A stretch of DNA of 63,075 bases, the filler included, from Diploschistes diacapsis (taxonomy: Eukaryota), in assembly GCA_023645945.1 (NCBI GenBank). It is 8 parts of 8 records of this genome, joined end to end, with 100 filler letters (N's around TTAATTAATTAA, not from the genome) between each part and the next. Parts side by side here need not be neighbours in the genome. Positions count along the whole stretch, not along the records: positions 44,141 to 63,075 come from JALAIB010000392.1; 7 more parts are not named here. One strand, given 5' to 3'. The translations under genes and the position numbers were made by a program. Shown here piece by piece: positions 48,019-61,419 of this stretch. The first letter of the stretch is position 1, and each line of letters starts with the position of its first letter. The notes under the pieces are model-generated. The model was not told the origin of the DNA, did not search any database, and was given only the letters and a program-made list of their open reading frames with translations.

Positions 48019-49750
48019 TCAAGCATGCTGCCACTCCAGTCTAACCTTGTCCGCGTTGCGCATACGCAGCAGCAGCTGCAGATCACAGTCTTGGACTGTG
48101 CTCATGGCTCTTGCTTTTGCTTTCTCGAAGCTTTCCGCAGCTTCTCTTACAATCCCGACTCGATGGCCTCGCAATAGATATGCAAGCACGGCTACAAACT
48201 CCACTTTAGAGAACTTTGCGCCTGGAAGCTTCGTCCATATGCGAGGATATCCATCGAGCAGGGCGCCATACTAGAGGCTCCTTCCAGTATTGCGGCAGCA
48301 TCTGTATCGCAAGGAGGCTAGGCATCACTCCAGTTTGCGGCGGAATAATAACGGTTCTATCCGCAACGCGGAGCTTTTGCGGATCGTCGTTGGTCCATTT
48401 AGGGAGTTGTGGAATAGGAGGATACATCCTCAGTGTTTCGAGCTAGAAACATTGGTCAGTCGCGTTGATGTTGCTCCGTCGACACATAAGCTACTCACTA
48501 GTACAGCCTGACATCTTTTAAGCTGCGGGAAGAGGCTGTAGCTCCAATCGACGGGTCTCGGAATCTCCCTCGCCGAGTACTCCACGCAGCTCCTCCGCAA
48601 TCCAAGCCTGTACCTCTGGGTGCGTTGCGAGGAGGAGCATACTGAAGGCTAACGTATTTGCAGTTGTATCATGACCTGCGAAATTGATGACGAAGATATT
48701 CCCGAAGATCTCTTCCATGCTGAGACCTTTGGACGAAGCATGCTCTTTCACGCTGGTGGAGGCGGCGTCCTCGTCTCCTTGAAGATCCGAAGCTCTCACT
48801 AACGATGTCATCAAGCTACCTGTTCCCCTCTCTCCTCGCTTAATAAGGGACACCTCTTCATCAAGCATGAACTCCATGTATTTCTTAAAATCAACGGCGG
48901 CCTTGCCCAGCCTGGCCCAAGATTTGGGTAGCAAAAGGTAGGGTCAGAAATCGTTATGGAATCAACATCAGGAAGATTGCATTGTCCAAGACCGTCTGTA
49001 GAGCATCTCGATAATCTTGAGCCTCATTGGCCTGTTCTCTCTTCAAGGCTGGGCCTTGAAAGCTGTATGATCGGCGAAAGCCTGTTGCGGCAAGCACGTT
49101 CAGGGAAAGAGCTCGAGTCTCTTTGGCGAAGCTTGGTGGCTCGGAGGTGATACGATTGGTCCATAGTTTAAGCAGTCCTTTCGCCTGCTCGAGGGACTCA
49201 TTCCAAACAAACGACATGGTGTTCTCGTTGAAGGGTGCAGCAAGGACCTTTCGGTGCCTCGGTCAGTCAAACCAACTTGCCGTAGATATGTAAGGACCGT
49301 ATATTTCAAGCAGCTCTGGCAGGCTTCAGATAGGATACAAAGATTCGATACCTGGCAAGCTTACTGTACATCTTACTCGGGCGGAGAAAATCCGTCCGGC
49401 GATTGAAGACCTCGCGGATTGCTTCAGGATCCGCAATGTAGATATAGATATCTCTCGGGGTCACGATGCCCCAGATGGGACCGTACTTGAGATGCGAGTC
49501 TGCTTTGTCGAGAAAGTGCCAACCGCGGCGGGAGTACCTACCAAAGTTGCCGAAGTCAAGCGGGAGCGAATCGAGGAGGTGCCAGGATGGGAGCTTCGAA
49601 AACAAGCCAGAACAGGTTCAGAGCATCCACGGGTAAACGGACAAGCGGTATGCCCATAGAAGAGGCCCGCCGATACTTTAGCTCTATGGCCAAAAGGCTC
49701 CACTAGAGATAGAAAAGACCAACGCTGGGCAGGAGTTGCAGGATCGTGAC
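48019..49750 (-). pseudogene. Cytochrome P450 pseudogene A
   Basis: FAGHDTTANTL and ETLRMYPP motifs are present. In-frame stops at 49703-49705, 49263-49265 and 48954-48956, several frameshifts, and the heme-Cys motif deleted near 48226. Confidence 0.88.
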
Positions 49751-50119
49751 TCGTTCAATGAGCTGCAAGCTCTTCTTGAAGATTGTGAGGACGTAGTCGC
49801 TTCAAGGAGCGAAGCTCAAAAGAGATGAAGCAGATATTTAACTCGCTTCAATTGCAGCAAGGCCGATGGTGCATACTGAGGGATTGCATGAGAAAACCGA
49901 GATCTCCACGCCGGTGCTAGCGACTGGTGAGCAAGTGAAGTAGCCGCAGCCGCCTGCTCAATTATATTACTTCTGGATGCAACTAGAATTGGTGGGCACA
50001 GCTGGAGCACTTGCTGCCTGACTACGGTGCCTGTTGAGTGGCTGCAAGACATGGAGTGAGGCCGACTACAGTTTTTACGAGCTGCATAACTACAGCCAAT
50101 CAAGATGGTCGCGAAATAT

Positions 50120-51765
50120 CTAGCTAAGGCTGCTGCTACTCGACGCCCCCATACCATCCCACAACAGTCTGCACCGAGAATCCTTGTATTCTGCTCTTTC
50201 GAGCACCTTGATCCGAATATCCTCCAGAGGGGTCAGAATCGACGTGGTAATATGCGGACGGCGCCTGGGCATGATCCAGGATCCAGAAGCCGGGATGATG
50301 TCGTATCTTAGCGCGACTAGCACGGCGACAAATCGACATCTCGTTGGAGGCCAGGAACCGGCCTGGACATAACGAAGTCCCTCCTCCAAATGCCCTGAAA
50401 GCGCCGGTAGCAGCTTTGGTACCGCTAGGGTCATTCGCCATGAACCGCCGAGGATTAAATAGATGGCATGAAGGACCCCAAGCCGAGGAATTGCTGTGCA
50501 GTTCCGCAGAAGGCACTAGGAGAAACGAATCTTTCTTTAGGAGATAGCGATTCTCCAGAAGGGTGTTGCTCAACACTACGCGACCCGAAGCATTGGTTGC
50601 TTGGACCCGGAGCGTCTCTTGAATAAGAGCCTGAAGCACGTCACAGCTTTTGGCTACTTCATGGACATCCAGCTCGCAGACCTTTTGACCGGTTGATGTA
50701 GTGCTTACCCGAATTTGAGCCAAGGACTTCTTCCGAACTTCTGCCAGAAGCCATGCTTCCGAGTAAAGGTAGTAGAGCACCCAAGCGGTTGCAGGAACAG
50801 TGTTGCAAGAAGTCCGATGCAAACGCGCAGGTCAAAAATGCTCGATATCTTCCTTGGAGATACCTTATTGCCTGTTGACCCCGTAACGAGCCCCGCACCA
50901 AGGGCGAGGCCTCTTTCCGCCAGTCTCCAGCATAATAGTTTCGGAATCCTTCGAAGAATGTCTGCCGCCCTTTGTATGCGCTAGGTGACAGGAGTCGCGG
51001 TATAATATTCAAAGCCCAGAAGACCAAAGCCTGTATCAACCGCCCTGAGCAAAATCAGCACATTTAAGCAGATCCACGGCGAAAGCCAATAGGAGCACAC
51101 GTACCAGAATCCAGCCTCTACTTTCGGGTCTCGAAACGGGTTATCCTGTGCTCCATAGATAGCATATGTGCTGGATCGACTAATCAGTTTCCTCATCCAA
51201 ACGAAGAGTCCAGTTCCCTGCTGGAGGCTGGGTTCTCCGAGAAGCTTGGATACGCTCTCCAAGAAACTTCTCGATATCTGGTGCAAATCATCTCCTGGGG
51301 CCATGGTGGAATGCATAGCAGTCATCGTCTCAGGCCGGCAACCCCATGGTCCGCCATCTTCGTGCAGGTTTTCTTCCAGAGCAGCTAGTCCCGCGGCGCT
51401 GGGCTGCAAGATCCGTTTGGCGAACTGGTAGACATAGGGAGCGAAAGACAGAGTTCTCGAATTCCGGTCAACAGCTTTGGCAAGTGCGGGAGAGTTGATG
51501 ACGTAAATCTTGCAACTTGGTACATTTAGTGTGTAGATTGGAAGGGACACTTTAGCGCTGCTTGAACGTTAGCCATATTATACTGTTGGGAAACCTTGTC
51601 ATTTCCCACCTGAGATCCGTCTAGGAGCATACCTAGCAAGTGCCCGATATAGCGAACTACGGGACGCACTGCATGAGGCTCTCTTGGATCTTGAGTAGCT
51701 GATGTTAGGATCTTTAGCAATATCGAGCAGCTGCCCAGGACGCAGATGGAAAGCAACCACAGCAT
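50120..51765 (-). pseudogene. Cytochrome P450 pseudogene B (NTxP I-helix, CYP7/8-like type)
   Basis: NTVPATAW, IQETLR and AFGGGTSLCPGRFLA are present. Frameshifts near 51012, 50892, 50805 and 50335, and a TAA at 50865-50867. Confidence 0.85.
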
Positions 51766-52080
51766 GTTCGAAGATGACTTTACTGTCTTCTATCTGGTAG
51801 AAACTACCAAAGGTAAGATTAGCGAGAACAAAGAGTAACTGTAGAGATGGAGAGTTTCATCCCCAGGACGGACCAAAGACACTTACGCCCATTCTAGGCA
51901 AAAGCCTCGGGTAGCTCGACCCGGACGGCAATGAACAACATACCGACGCACAATATTAGGAACAGACACTTCACCTACTTGTTTCGCATTCCTCTACCTT
52001 ATCGAAGTCGGATCGAAGCATTTCACTTTACGCACACCTCTCCAGTCACCATGAATCAGCTAAAATTTTGCAGAGTGTAG

Positions 52081-53970
52081 CTAAACGGAACTATTTCTAC
52101 ACCTCTTTGGTACCCGCAGTGGCTCCTCGACGGCGTAGCCGAAAGGGAATCTTGGAGTGCGGTCTACGGACCCCAAACCGAATCGCTCTGAGCCATACTG
52201 AATCTGGCTTTCCGGAACCAATATCTCTATTTCAAACATGCCCAGTAACATAGAATTTGAGAGGAGCATAACCCTCCTCGCAAAGGCACTACCTGGACAC
52301 GCATGGTGCCCCCTGGGCAACCAGTCAGTCAGACTTAGCAGTGGATCAAATATGACAACAGACCTCCGTATGGAATCCACGAGCCTTCGAGGCCTTCAGT
52401 AAAGAATTCAGTGGTATTGGACTCATCCCCTAGCCATAATCCAACGTTGTTGGCTGGGTCCGATTTGCTGCTCTTGAGAGGGCCAGTGGTAGGATCGGTT
52501 GGATTCCTGAGGAAGCGCCCTGCCCAGAAGGTGTCGAGCGGATGTTTACCACTTTGAGTGTTCCATACCCTTTCGTCGTTATGAGCGAGCCAGGTGCTGA
52601 CTAGTACCAGCTTGTCTTTAGGTATCCATGTATTGCCCACCCTAAAATCTTTGTGAGGTTGCGAGCGAGGAATGTGGATCCGGACACCGAAACGTAGCGT
52701 TTCTGCATACATGGATTGTAGTAGGGGGTGCTTTTCTAGCACCTCAATATCTGGCACGAAGGATGTTTCGTTGGGCCTGTTCGTCGATCCGGACTCTCGA
52801 AGCACGGAAGACATGTCTGCTCTTCGAAGGATTTGGAGCATCAGGGTTGCAGAAGAGGGTACTGCGTTTGTAATCGCTCTTAGAATGTTAGGTTCGTGTA
52901 GAGACCTTGAAAAGACAAAGCGTCAAGTAATTCAGGGGGGGTTCTTACGCCCAAATAAACGCAAAATCCGTGGATGCAATGGAATCTTGGTCCTGAGCCT
53001 GATATTCGGCGAGCAGTTTATATCGACTTCTCATTATCGGTGGGTCGCAGAAAGTGTCCAGGTCACTGCCTGAATTATCCTTCGGCTGTTGTTGAGCGAG
53101 TGTGTGCCATTGCTTAATAGCCGTTAAAATCTTCTTTCTCAGCAAATAGGCTCTTGGTGCTAGAAGGAAGGGGATTCGCTTAGCAAGCCCAATGACGACT
53201 CTATCAAAAGCCCAAATATCGGACACAAAATTCAGATTGTAGTCGAGGAGTGCAGAGCCGAAGGCAGCTTCTATGACAGCTGCTCTAAGATACTGCTCAA
53301 AAAACTCAACCAGGTCATCAAACTGTACCCATTCCGGCCCAGCATTCGCAGAGTCTAGGCTCTTGGCCAAGGTCTTTTGGAAACGTAGCAAAAGCGGTGC
53401 AAGACCAGGTCCTGGAAGCCCTTTGTGGAGACTCGTGTGAGTGAGGTAGCCGACTCTGTTTGGATGAGCGACGTTACTCCCAGCTAATGGCCTGGGTAGA
53501 GATCCCGAACCATCTGCAAAGTATGTAACAGCAGCTTTTCTGGTTATCCCAAAACAATGCTTTAAATCTATGCCGTAAGCACGTGTGACAGTCGTCGATG
53601 AAGATTTGAAAAGTGCCGCGACATAATCTGGCCTATGTAAAACAAAGACATCCTCATTGATTAGGCCAATGCAGACGGCTGACTCATAAGCTGGAGTCTT
53701 GCTAAACCAGTTGTTAGGCAATCCCGGATCAGAGAAAGCAGTTGAGGGTGACTTCACTTAATACAACAGAATAACGTTAGTCCGTCGAAGAGAAATGGAA
53801 TAGTACTTTTCAGCCATGGAATCGAGTAGCTCAACGCCGTAGAGCACATCTATGAGAAGCTCCGCCCATAATGCGAATGGCCATGTAACGCATGATTCAT
53901 GAACCTCGCGAGTTATCCAAGATCTTGGAATCAGAGCTGAGAGCAAGTCAAGGTTCCAGGCAAGTATCAA
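52081..53970 (-). pseudogene. Cytochrome P450 C, with a degenerate 5' end
   Basis: LLQSMYAETLR and WIPYGG/GHHACPGSAFA are present. In-frame stop at 53758-53760 and no recognisable N-terminal anchor or start. The 5' boundary is uncertain. Confidence 0.7.
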
Positions 53971-55999
53971 CCCGGCTGACGAGCCTAGATCAAGGCAGGC
54001 TGAGCTTCCTGTTTCTCAGAGCGCCAGTTCTGTCTGTTTCTCGGAACCACCCGGTTGCATTTACAACACAGCCTTAATGGAACCAGACTAGTTCCTCCTC
54101 TTGGGACTCTCGCATGCACTTACATGAATCTTGCCATCTCACTCACGTTGCCACCGCCATGTGTGTAGTCACACGGATGTATATGTGATTGGCGAGCTAA
54201 TAGCGTTCATTTCCGATGGCTAGCTCTGAATTGGTAGGCCCGCAGGGGTGAATGGATTAGAGGATGCGGGGATCATGTTGGCTCGAGTCCTGGTTGTAGT
54301 CATGCCCGGCTATCGGCTGAATTCTGAATTTTATTAGTATGGGGCGGGCGCAATGTCCTGAGAATCATACTGGCTACTATATTAGATCGAAACTAGTTCT
54401 GATGTCAATATAGATGACGTTTAAAGATCAAACCCTAATTATTTAGCGGGCGAGGCGCTCGCACAAATTTACTGTGAACAGCTGAACCAGCGCGTAACGC
54501 GGCAGCTTTAGCGTACTAGCGGTAAACTTCTCTGAGTCTAGCGTGAGTTACCATAAGGCAAAGTTTAGAAACGGTAAGATTAGTCACGCAAACGGTGTTA
54601 ATTAAGCCAGCCTAATTCTCAGAACGTTGGGGGGGGGGGGCATAGACACTACCAAATGAGGGTCATAGGTCAAGTGAGCCGGTGGGTAGAAATTTGAACC
54701 TAGGACCTTGCAAATGCTGCTTTTAATTCTATATTATCACTAATCTTTCTTTTTAAACCTGGCTTTCTTTTGGATTCTTGTGATTTTTGGATCTAATACT
54801 AAGACTAGAATGACCCGTCATTACACTACACTGCTTTGGAAGGCAGGGCAAAACGAAGGTGTCGCCCTGATATCTACATGCTCATTGCATACTGTACGGT
54901 ACGGCGTAGATTTTGAAATAGGTTTGGCGGCGCTCGCGTCAACTAGGTTGCTGGGTCCGACCACAAGCCTACGAGAGTCCCCTCCCCCTCGAATAAAGTG
55001 TAGCTCGTGCCACGAAACGAGGGTGTGGTCTTTGGCGCATATAAAGTGGGCTCAGTATCGAGAGAGGGGCAGGCCGGTCTGCCGCCTACTGATGCTCCCA
55101 GAAGAGCCTGCTACCAAAGGGGAGATGCCGGCTAGAGAGCCTGCTGCCAGGGGATCGATCCTAGCTGTCCTCCTGAAGCACCTCTCCGGCATGCATCAAT
55201 TCTTACATAGACTTTGTTGAGGCGGAAGCATTTCAGTACTGAATCATCCATGTGGGGCGCTGCTTTCGCTTGGACATGATACGACTGGACAATGAAGTGC
55301 GCTTTGAAACTTTCAAGCTTACCGCTAACAGGTTTTCAAGGCTAGCCCTTGTTTCCTACCAGATGCGGCTTTTGATGTAATTTTTAATCAATGGAGATAG
55401 AAAACCGAGTGCATCGGTTTATTTGGCTCTGTTTGACCACCCTTTCCTCCCCAGAGTGGCTGAACCGATATCCAGCCTGCCGTGAACGATTGGTGCAACG
55501 ATAGGGATCCAACCAGGATTCGGATCTTGAATATGGGATCATGTCAGCTTCCGTTGGAACAAGCTTGAGCGCTCCAGCCAAGACTCAGGATTGGACAGCG
55601 TATTCCAGCGAACAAGGAAAGAAGTTTGAAAGCGCCTTAGATACGCGGAGTATATGCCCCTCGTATTACCTACTCAGCGTAGCATAAGGCAACGAATTTA
55701 ATGCATCTTGTTCATGCCACCAGGGTTACAGAATCGAATAGACTGTAATCAATCAAATAGAGTTTGGTCCTTCATTGAAGGCGCTCCGTGAACCTCGGAC
55801 ACCACCACCCGCAGACTCATGGCACTTAGTATGGTGCGCACATTAGGCAGCATAACTAGTGCGAAGTGATTCTTAGAATATAGCCGGCGTCACATAAGCA
55901 GGCGGGGTCTTATCTTCTGTGAGAGGACACGGTGAGCTTTTTTTTTGTATGGCAAAAGAACCCCCGCTTTTGTGGCGTCGTCAAGCTCCGTGCTATCCT

Positions 56000-56607
56000 T
56001 TTTGTTTCGGGGGTCACTTCGTAGCATTTCCAATAGTTGCTGTTTTGTATGGACACTACTGCAACGCAAAGCATCAAGTTAACCGGGAAACTTTCCGATA
56101 TGCACTCCAACGACCCTGAGCTCTCCACGATCCCCGCCTAGGTACGCCAGTTTTTAGCCAAACAAAACGAAAACGAAAAGTATAATGATCAAGAAAGATA
56201 TCTTAACTAGCCAAAGACTGGTGTAAAACAAGATATTAAAGGCTGCGATCTTTGGCATGGAAGTGCTGTAGCGGTCGAGAAATCCAGGGCTGAATAGCTC
56301 CTGGCCAGTGGCGACGGCATATTGCTCATACATAACGGGTGCACTGACTTGCCAAAGAACGGCAGTGATCAAGAGCAACGCCCATGCCAGAAGCACCGCT
56401 ACATCGTCCGTATAGAGCGTTCGAAATGAGATGAATCTGACGACGAGGCGAAAAATCAAGAGAACTGCGGAAAGCGCGGTTGCGGTCGAGGTAAGATCCT
56501 ATCCTTAAAATCAAGATCGTGCGCAGGATTGGAATGCAAAAATCATATTGTGCTGAACTCACAAGAAACGTGGACTCGTTGACTTTGGCAGGCTGCGCTA
56601 GAGACAT
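56000..56607 (-). pseudogene. Fragment of a PTH11-like / fungal rhodopsin-domain membrane protein
   Basis: RLVVRFISFRTLYTDDVAVLLAW and ILFYTSLWLVKISFL motifs; the frame breaks down after TM3. Confidence 0.7.
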
Positions 56608-57433
56608 GCAGGGTACTTTACGCACATGATCAATAAACAATCGACGTTGGGTTTTGAATAGTATAGACTAAATCTAAGGTTCAGAAAAGTGCTGCTTTGC
56701 TAGCAAAACATCTTTACAGCGCATCCCCTCTGCTTAAAGTATATTATCGCTTGTGTTCAGTACTTCTAAACGTTGAGCTTCGTGTCATAAGCTTTGGACG
56801 GCCGCGCAGTCAGTCCTCCTTCAATGGAGGAGGCAGTATCTCTCCCGAGAAAAAAAGGGAAAGCTGCTAAGCAGTAATGTATCCCTGTGCTAGAAATAAC
56901 CCATCAGACTCCCCAGCGCGGCGCAGTGACCCAGAATCCGTAGCGGAAAGACTGCGATCTAGATAAATTAGCAAGATCGAAGCAAGTGGCCGATATTCCT
57001 GGGGGCATGAAATAAGGCAAAACAGGCAGTGCAAAGTGCAGGCATCCATTGAAATGATTGGAGATCTTCTGGCCAGTTGGGTTGGCGTAACATTTCTTAT
57101 TCTCATGGATATTTCAAACACGGCGATTTCGGCTTCAAATGCAGGCAAGGTTGGAACATGAAACGGCAGCTGCATGTTGTGGTATTGTGAAAGGGGTGAG
57201 ACACACATTGAAGGAGGCTGAGATATGGGCCAGAGCCGACTGATAGCATTTTTATATTCCCCATATCGTTCAAAAAACGATAAGAACCTTGACACAGCTC
57301 TGCCGATTCATTCTGCCATCTCTATCGCTTTCCGGGATTGGAGTGCATAGAACTCTTTCTGGGTGGGGTTGGGGTTGGGGTTTTTCTGCTTGGACTGTAA
57401 GGCTTATTTACATCTTTTTGGCCTGAAATTTCA

Positions 57434-59421
57434 TTATTGCTCCCTGAGGTGCTTCTTTTGGCTTGCCACCTTCTTCGTATTTAGCCATTCCATTCCTATA
57501 GTGAATGGGAATGAAGCTGCAACAAGCGCAGTTGATAGAATCATGGTGCGCGTCACAGCCACATTCCAAACGTTTCTTAGAGCGTCAAAGACTCCAGGCG
57601 AAGTCGCTAACAACGAGATGTTGGCAGCGCCTGCAGACACCACCAGCTCTGGAGCGAGTTCAGGTATTCGCTTAGGTACCTCAAGTAGAATGGTGCTGGG
57701 CGTTATGTTTTGGCCAACAGAGATGGCAAGCGCGCTTCATTGTTAGCTACAGATCATTGCGAGATCAACTGTACTTACCCGCCGAGCTGGTAGAATAGAA
57801 TAGCAATCCCTTGAATCAATATTAGAGGCGCCAATCGAAACTTTAGGATTTATATATGCATACCGTTACCTGTCGGAATATCATTATCACTAAGGGCTTA
57901 TCAGTTTTTTTCGATGCTTCGGTCGGCTTGAAACCTACTCGAGCACCATCTGGATCGCCGTGTAGGGCAATTGCATTGCAATCCCCATTCCGATGCCTGA
58001 TACAACCAAAGCTGCAGACCAGTAGAGTGTGGCAGTGTCTATCTGAAGCTGGGTCAAGAGGGCCGTGCCTACAACACACAGGATCTCTCCGAGGACCGTA
58101 TAGGGTACCTATGGGGAATGTTCGCTCCTGGCGCCTCGACTGAATGTGGAAGGGCTTACATAATATCCCCAAACTTTGACTATTCCACTGGTGATGATTA
58201 AAGCCACCATCTCGGGCAGCATCAGTGGAAGGAAATTAAGGCCAGTGGCGACTGGGTCTATATTCTGGGAAGCTTGAAAGTAAAAGGGGAGAAAGAAGGT
58301 ATTCTGAATGCTTGTAAGTAGACGGCGATGGCGCAAGAATACCCACTCTTACAATATAAGTTGAGGCCCCGAGAAAGAGAAGAACCATTGCGCCTGTGTA
58401 AATCGACCTTTTCTGCAAGACTCGAAGGGGTATCAAGGCCCGGTCTCCTCGTCTCCACTGCCAACAGGCAAACAAGCAAGCGATGGAAACGAAGCCAATA
58501 AGCAGGCCGATGACGATGGCGGACCTCCATGGCAAGATTTGCCCCTTCCCCCCCATTGTAAAGCTAGGAGCAGACAGCATATACTGCCAATAAACAGTAA
58601 GCAGCCTATTGGATCCATATTGGCGATTTTGTTGAGCAATGGCAACTGGCGGTTCTCGTTGTTTGCCCCTTTGATCTTCAGTAGTATAGATAAGAGTACC
58701 AGGACCACAGCTCCAATTGGAAGATTGCTAGAGTAGTTGGATTTCAATTAATTTTCTGTAAATTTTTGGGTCTTTGACAGTGAGAAGCTTGAACTTACCT
58801 CCAGAAACACCATCTCCAGGTACTGTATTGAGCAAAGACACCGCCTAATGGTGGCCCGAGACGCACACAGTGACTATGAAGACACTGATAACGATACCCA
58901 TGTAAAGAGGACGCTTCTCCAGCTCAACGACCTGACTAATTATACTCAATGCCTCCTGTAAGATACCAGCAGCACCTAAGCCGGCTACTGCTCGACCGAC
59001 AATAAACATGTTAGAAGCTCTAGCAGCTGCACAAAGTATTGTCCCTACTACTCAGTTTTTAGCAGGCAATAAAGAGTCAGAGAAACCTTCTACTCAAATC
59101 TTGAAATATTAAGATCGAAATACGATAGACTATGTCTGTTTGGAAGTATTTGTAGAGCGAGTCATAAATGGGTTGAAATGCGGTGATGGTAAGAAGGTAT
59201 GCTGTCCCGTACCAAGCAGCGTCTTCTAGGGAGTGAAATTCTGAGGTTATTCTAGGTATCGCAACGTTGATTATATTTGTATCTAAAGCGATGAGAAAGG
59301 CGCCGAAGAAGAGACACGTAATGACAATGGCTAAACACCATGAAGTCAGGTATTCCGAAGACGAGGCTGGAGGGGGCAACGGCTCCGTTGCCTTCAGGCT
59401 TTCTGCTGTACTCTTCTCCAT
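57434..59421 (-). pseudogene. MFS efflux transporter (DHA2, toxin-efflux type), frameshifted
   Basis: FLIALDTNIINVAIPRITSEF, WYGTAYLLT, WRWCFW/NLPIG, LALQWGG and FFLPFYFQA are present. Frameshifts at ~58545 (QWGG to QILPW) and ~58862 (TVC to LGPPLGG). Confidence 0.8.
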
Positions 59422-59999
59422 GTCAAGGCTCAGAGGAAGGGAAACGGCAAGGATAAGAGACCACGTCCAGGGCATGTCACTATACTCTCTCGATGCCTCG
59501 GCCTAAAGGGCAAGGTAGATAGATGCAATAGAAACGGGCTAGATGTTCGGCATTCGGATCCAATAAATCCGTTCAGCGCGAATATGCAGATGCAGATCTC
59601 GAGTGCATCGTGCATCTGGGCCTATATATATAAGAGAGGATTTTGAACATTGAAACCCTGAGCGCTATGCCAAACTCGACCTTTGCAGCTGTTTTAAAAC
59701 CTGTTTCCAAACCAGCGTATATTTACCAGAAAGGTCGTAAATTTCACTAAAATATTTTACAATACACTAGTCCATAGTAGGCAGTGTGTCAGGTCAAAAG
59801 CTTCAAAGGCTTATCGAGTATCGAGTATCGAACGAGCTGTCAGTAAGTTGAATGTGAACTCTTGAATAGCCTTGTGTCCAGCCGATGGAAGTCAACCTTC
59901 TTCCCTTTCTCGTACATCTTTTCTCCTCCCTCCTCTACCTTTACATTCTTCTCGTCTCGCTTCTATTCCAGCGTGGCCCAATATCAAACTCGAGACACA

Positions 60000-61419
60000 A
60001 TGGCTTCTCATAACGTGACTGAGCTCCTCACGCGGCTCAACACTAGTACAGCCTCCTTCCTGAAGTTCTTCACGGAGAAGAATCTTCCTGAGCCAACTCA
60101 TGACAAAGGCGATGAGCTGGATCCTAGGGTGCCACTGCCGGCCGAGATTATAGCTGCTAGGGAGGCTGCCACTGAAGCATCAGACGAACTACACCACCTT
60201 CTCTTAGGGCCTCTTGGCCTTCTACTTAGCTCTCCGGGTGATGTAGGTAACTATGCATACACAGCCTCTCCATAAACTCGACTGGTGGTTGACGTTCACT
60301 AGCAATATCTGTTACTCGGTTTACAGTATGCTTATCGACATGAAAACCCCAGTTGTGTTCCTCTCGAGGGGAAGACAACATTCGACAATATCGCCAAGGA
60401 GCGAAATCTCGAATAGGCCATGTGACCCACACTGCAGCTTCGAGGCTGTTGCTGGATAATCCAATGTTGAAGGCATGGATCATGAACATTGCCGAGGAGT
60501 TTTGGCCTTCTTTGTCTCGAGTTCGTCTCAGCATTTCTTGTTTTGGATTCAACCTCATAGACTCTTAGACAGTCGATGCTACTTTCAAGTGGCCGGGCTC
60601 CGAGGAGCCAGACGAGAGCGTAAGGCCTCCAAAGCATAGCTTAATAAACTAGCACTGAAGAGGAGCAGGGATATTCCTTATCACACGATACGAACGAGAA
60701 CCCTTTCGACGTGATTAAAAAGGACCCGAAGCGGCAGGAGCAGTTCATCGATGCTATGAGCTACTCGCATCTTCATTCTTCTTACAGCATGGACCACCTC
60801 ATCAGTAACTACGATTTTGGTGTCATAGGCAATGGGACTATCGTTGATGTCGGTGGGTCCCATGGACAAGTCGCTATTGCTATAGCTCGCAAGTATCCGC
60901 ATGTGAATTGCATTGTTCAAGATCTCCCGGATACCATCGCCGGCCTCGAATCGCGAATCCCAGATGAGCTCAGACACCGAATTACCGGGATTGAGCATGA
61001 CTTCCTGAAGCCCCAACCAGTGCAAGGGGCAGATATTTACCTGTTTCGCTGGATCTTGCACGACTGGTCTGATAAATACTGCGTCAAGATCTTGCAATCC
61101 TTAGTCCCGGCACTGAAGAAAGGGGCTAAAATCGTCGTCAACGATATATGCATCCCAAAGCCTGGTCAGCTTGGGATAGCTGCCGATAGGAATCTTCGGT
61201 GAGCTACTAAAGTACCTTCTCACGATTCCGTAGAACTTACTTTGCAATCAAGGCTCATGGACATCTTCGATGAAAGCTTTCAATAATGCCAGGGAGCGCG
61301 ATCCAGAGACTTGGGTCTCCTTGTTCGTTCAAGCAGACTCACGTTTCAACTTTAAAGGCATCATGATGCCTCCGGAAGCAAGAATGGCTATTATCATAGC
61401 TGAATGGGATGTCTTGTAG
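60000..61419 (+). pseudogene. SAM-dependent O-methyltransferase (OmtA/OmtB-like), disrupted
   Basis: IVDVGGSHG, CIVQDLP, EHDFLKPQP, YLFRWILHDWSD and NARERD are present. Frameshifting deletion near 60410 (the segment normally preceding GHVTHTAAS is missing) and a +1 frameshift near 61266. Confidence 0.82.

Noticed and set aside
54680..54710. GGTTCAAAT B-box-like motif on the minus strand (tRNA/SINE)
   Set aside because: No cloverleaf or A-box found; no convincing tRNA or rRNA seen anywhere in the window
38093..61419. RIP leakage from the AT-rich block as the cause of cluster decay
   Set aside because: The adjacency is an artefact of concatenation, and many lesions are indels or non-CpA changes
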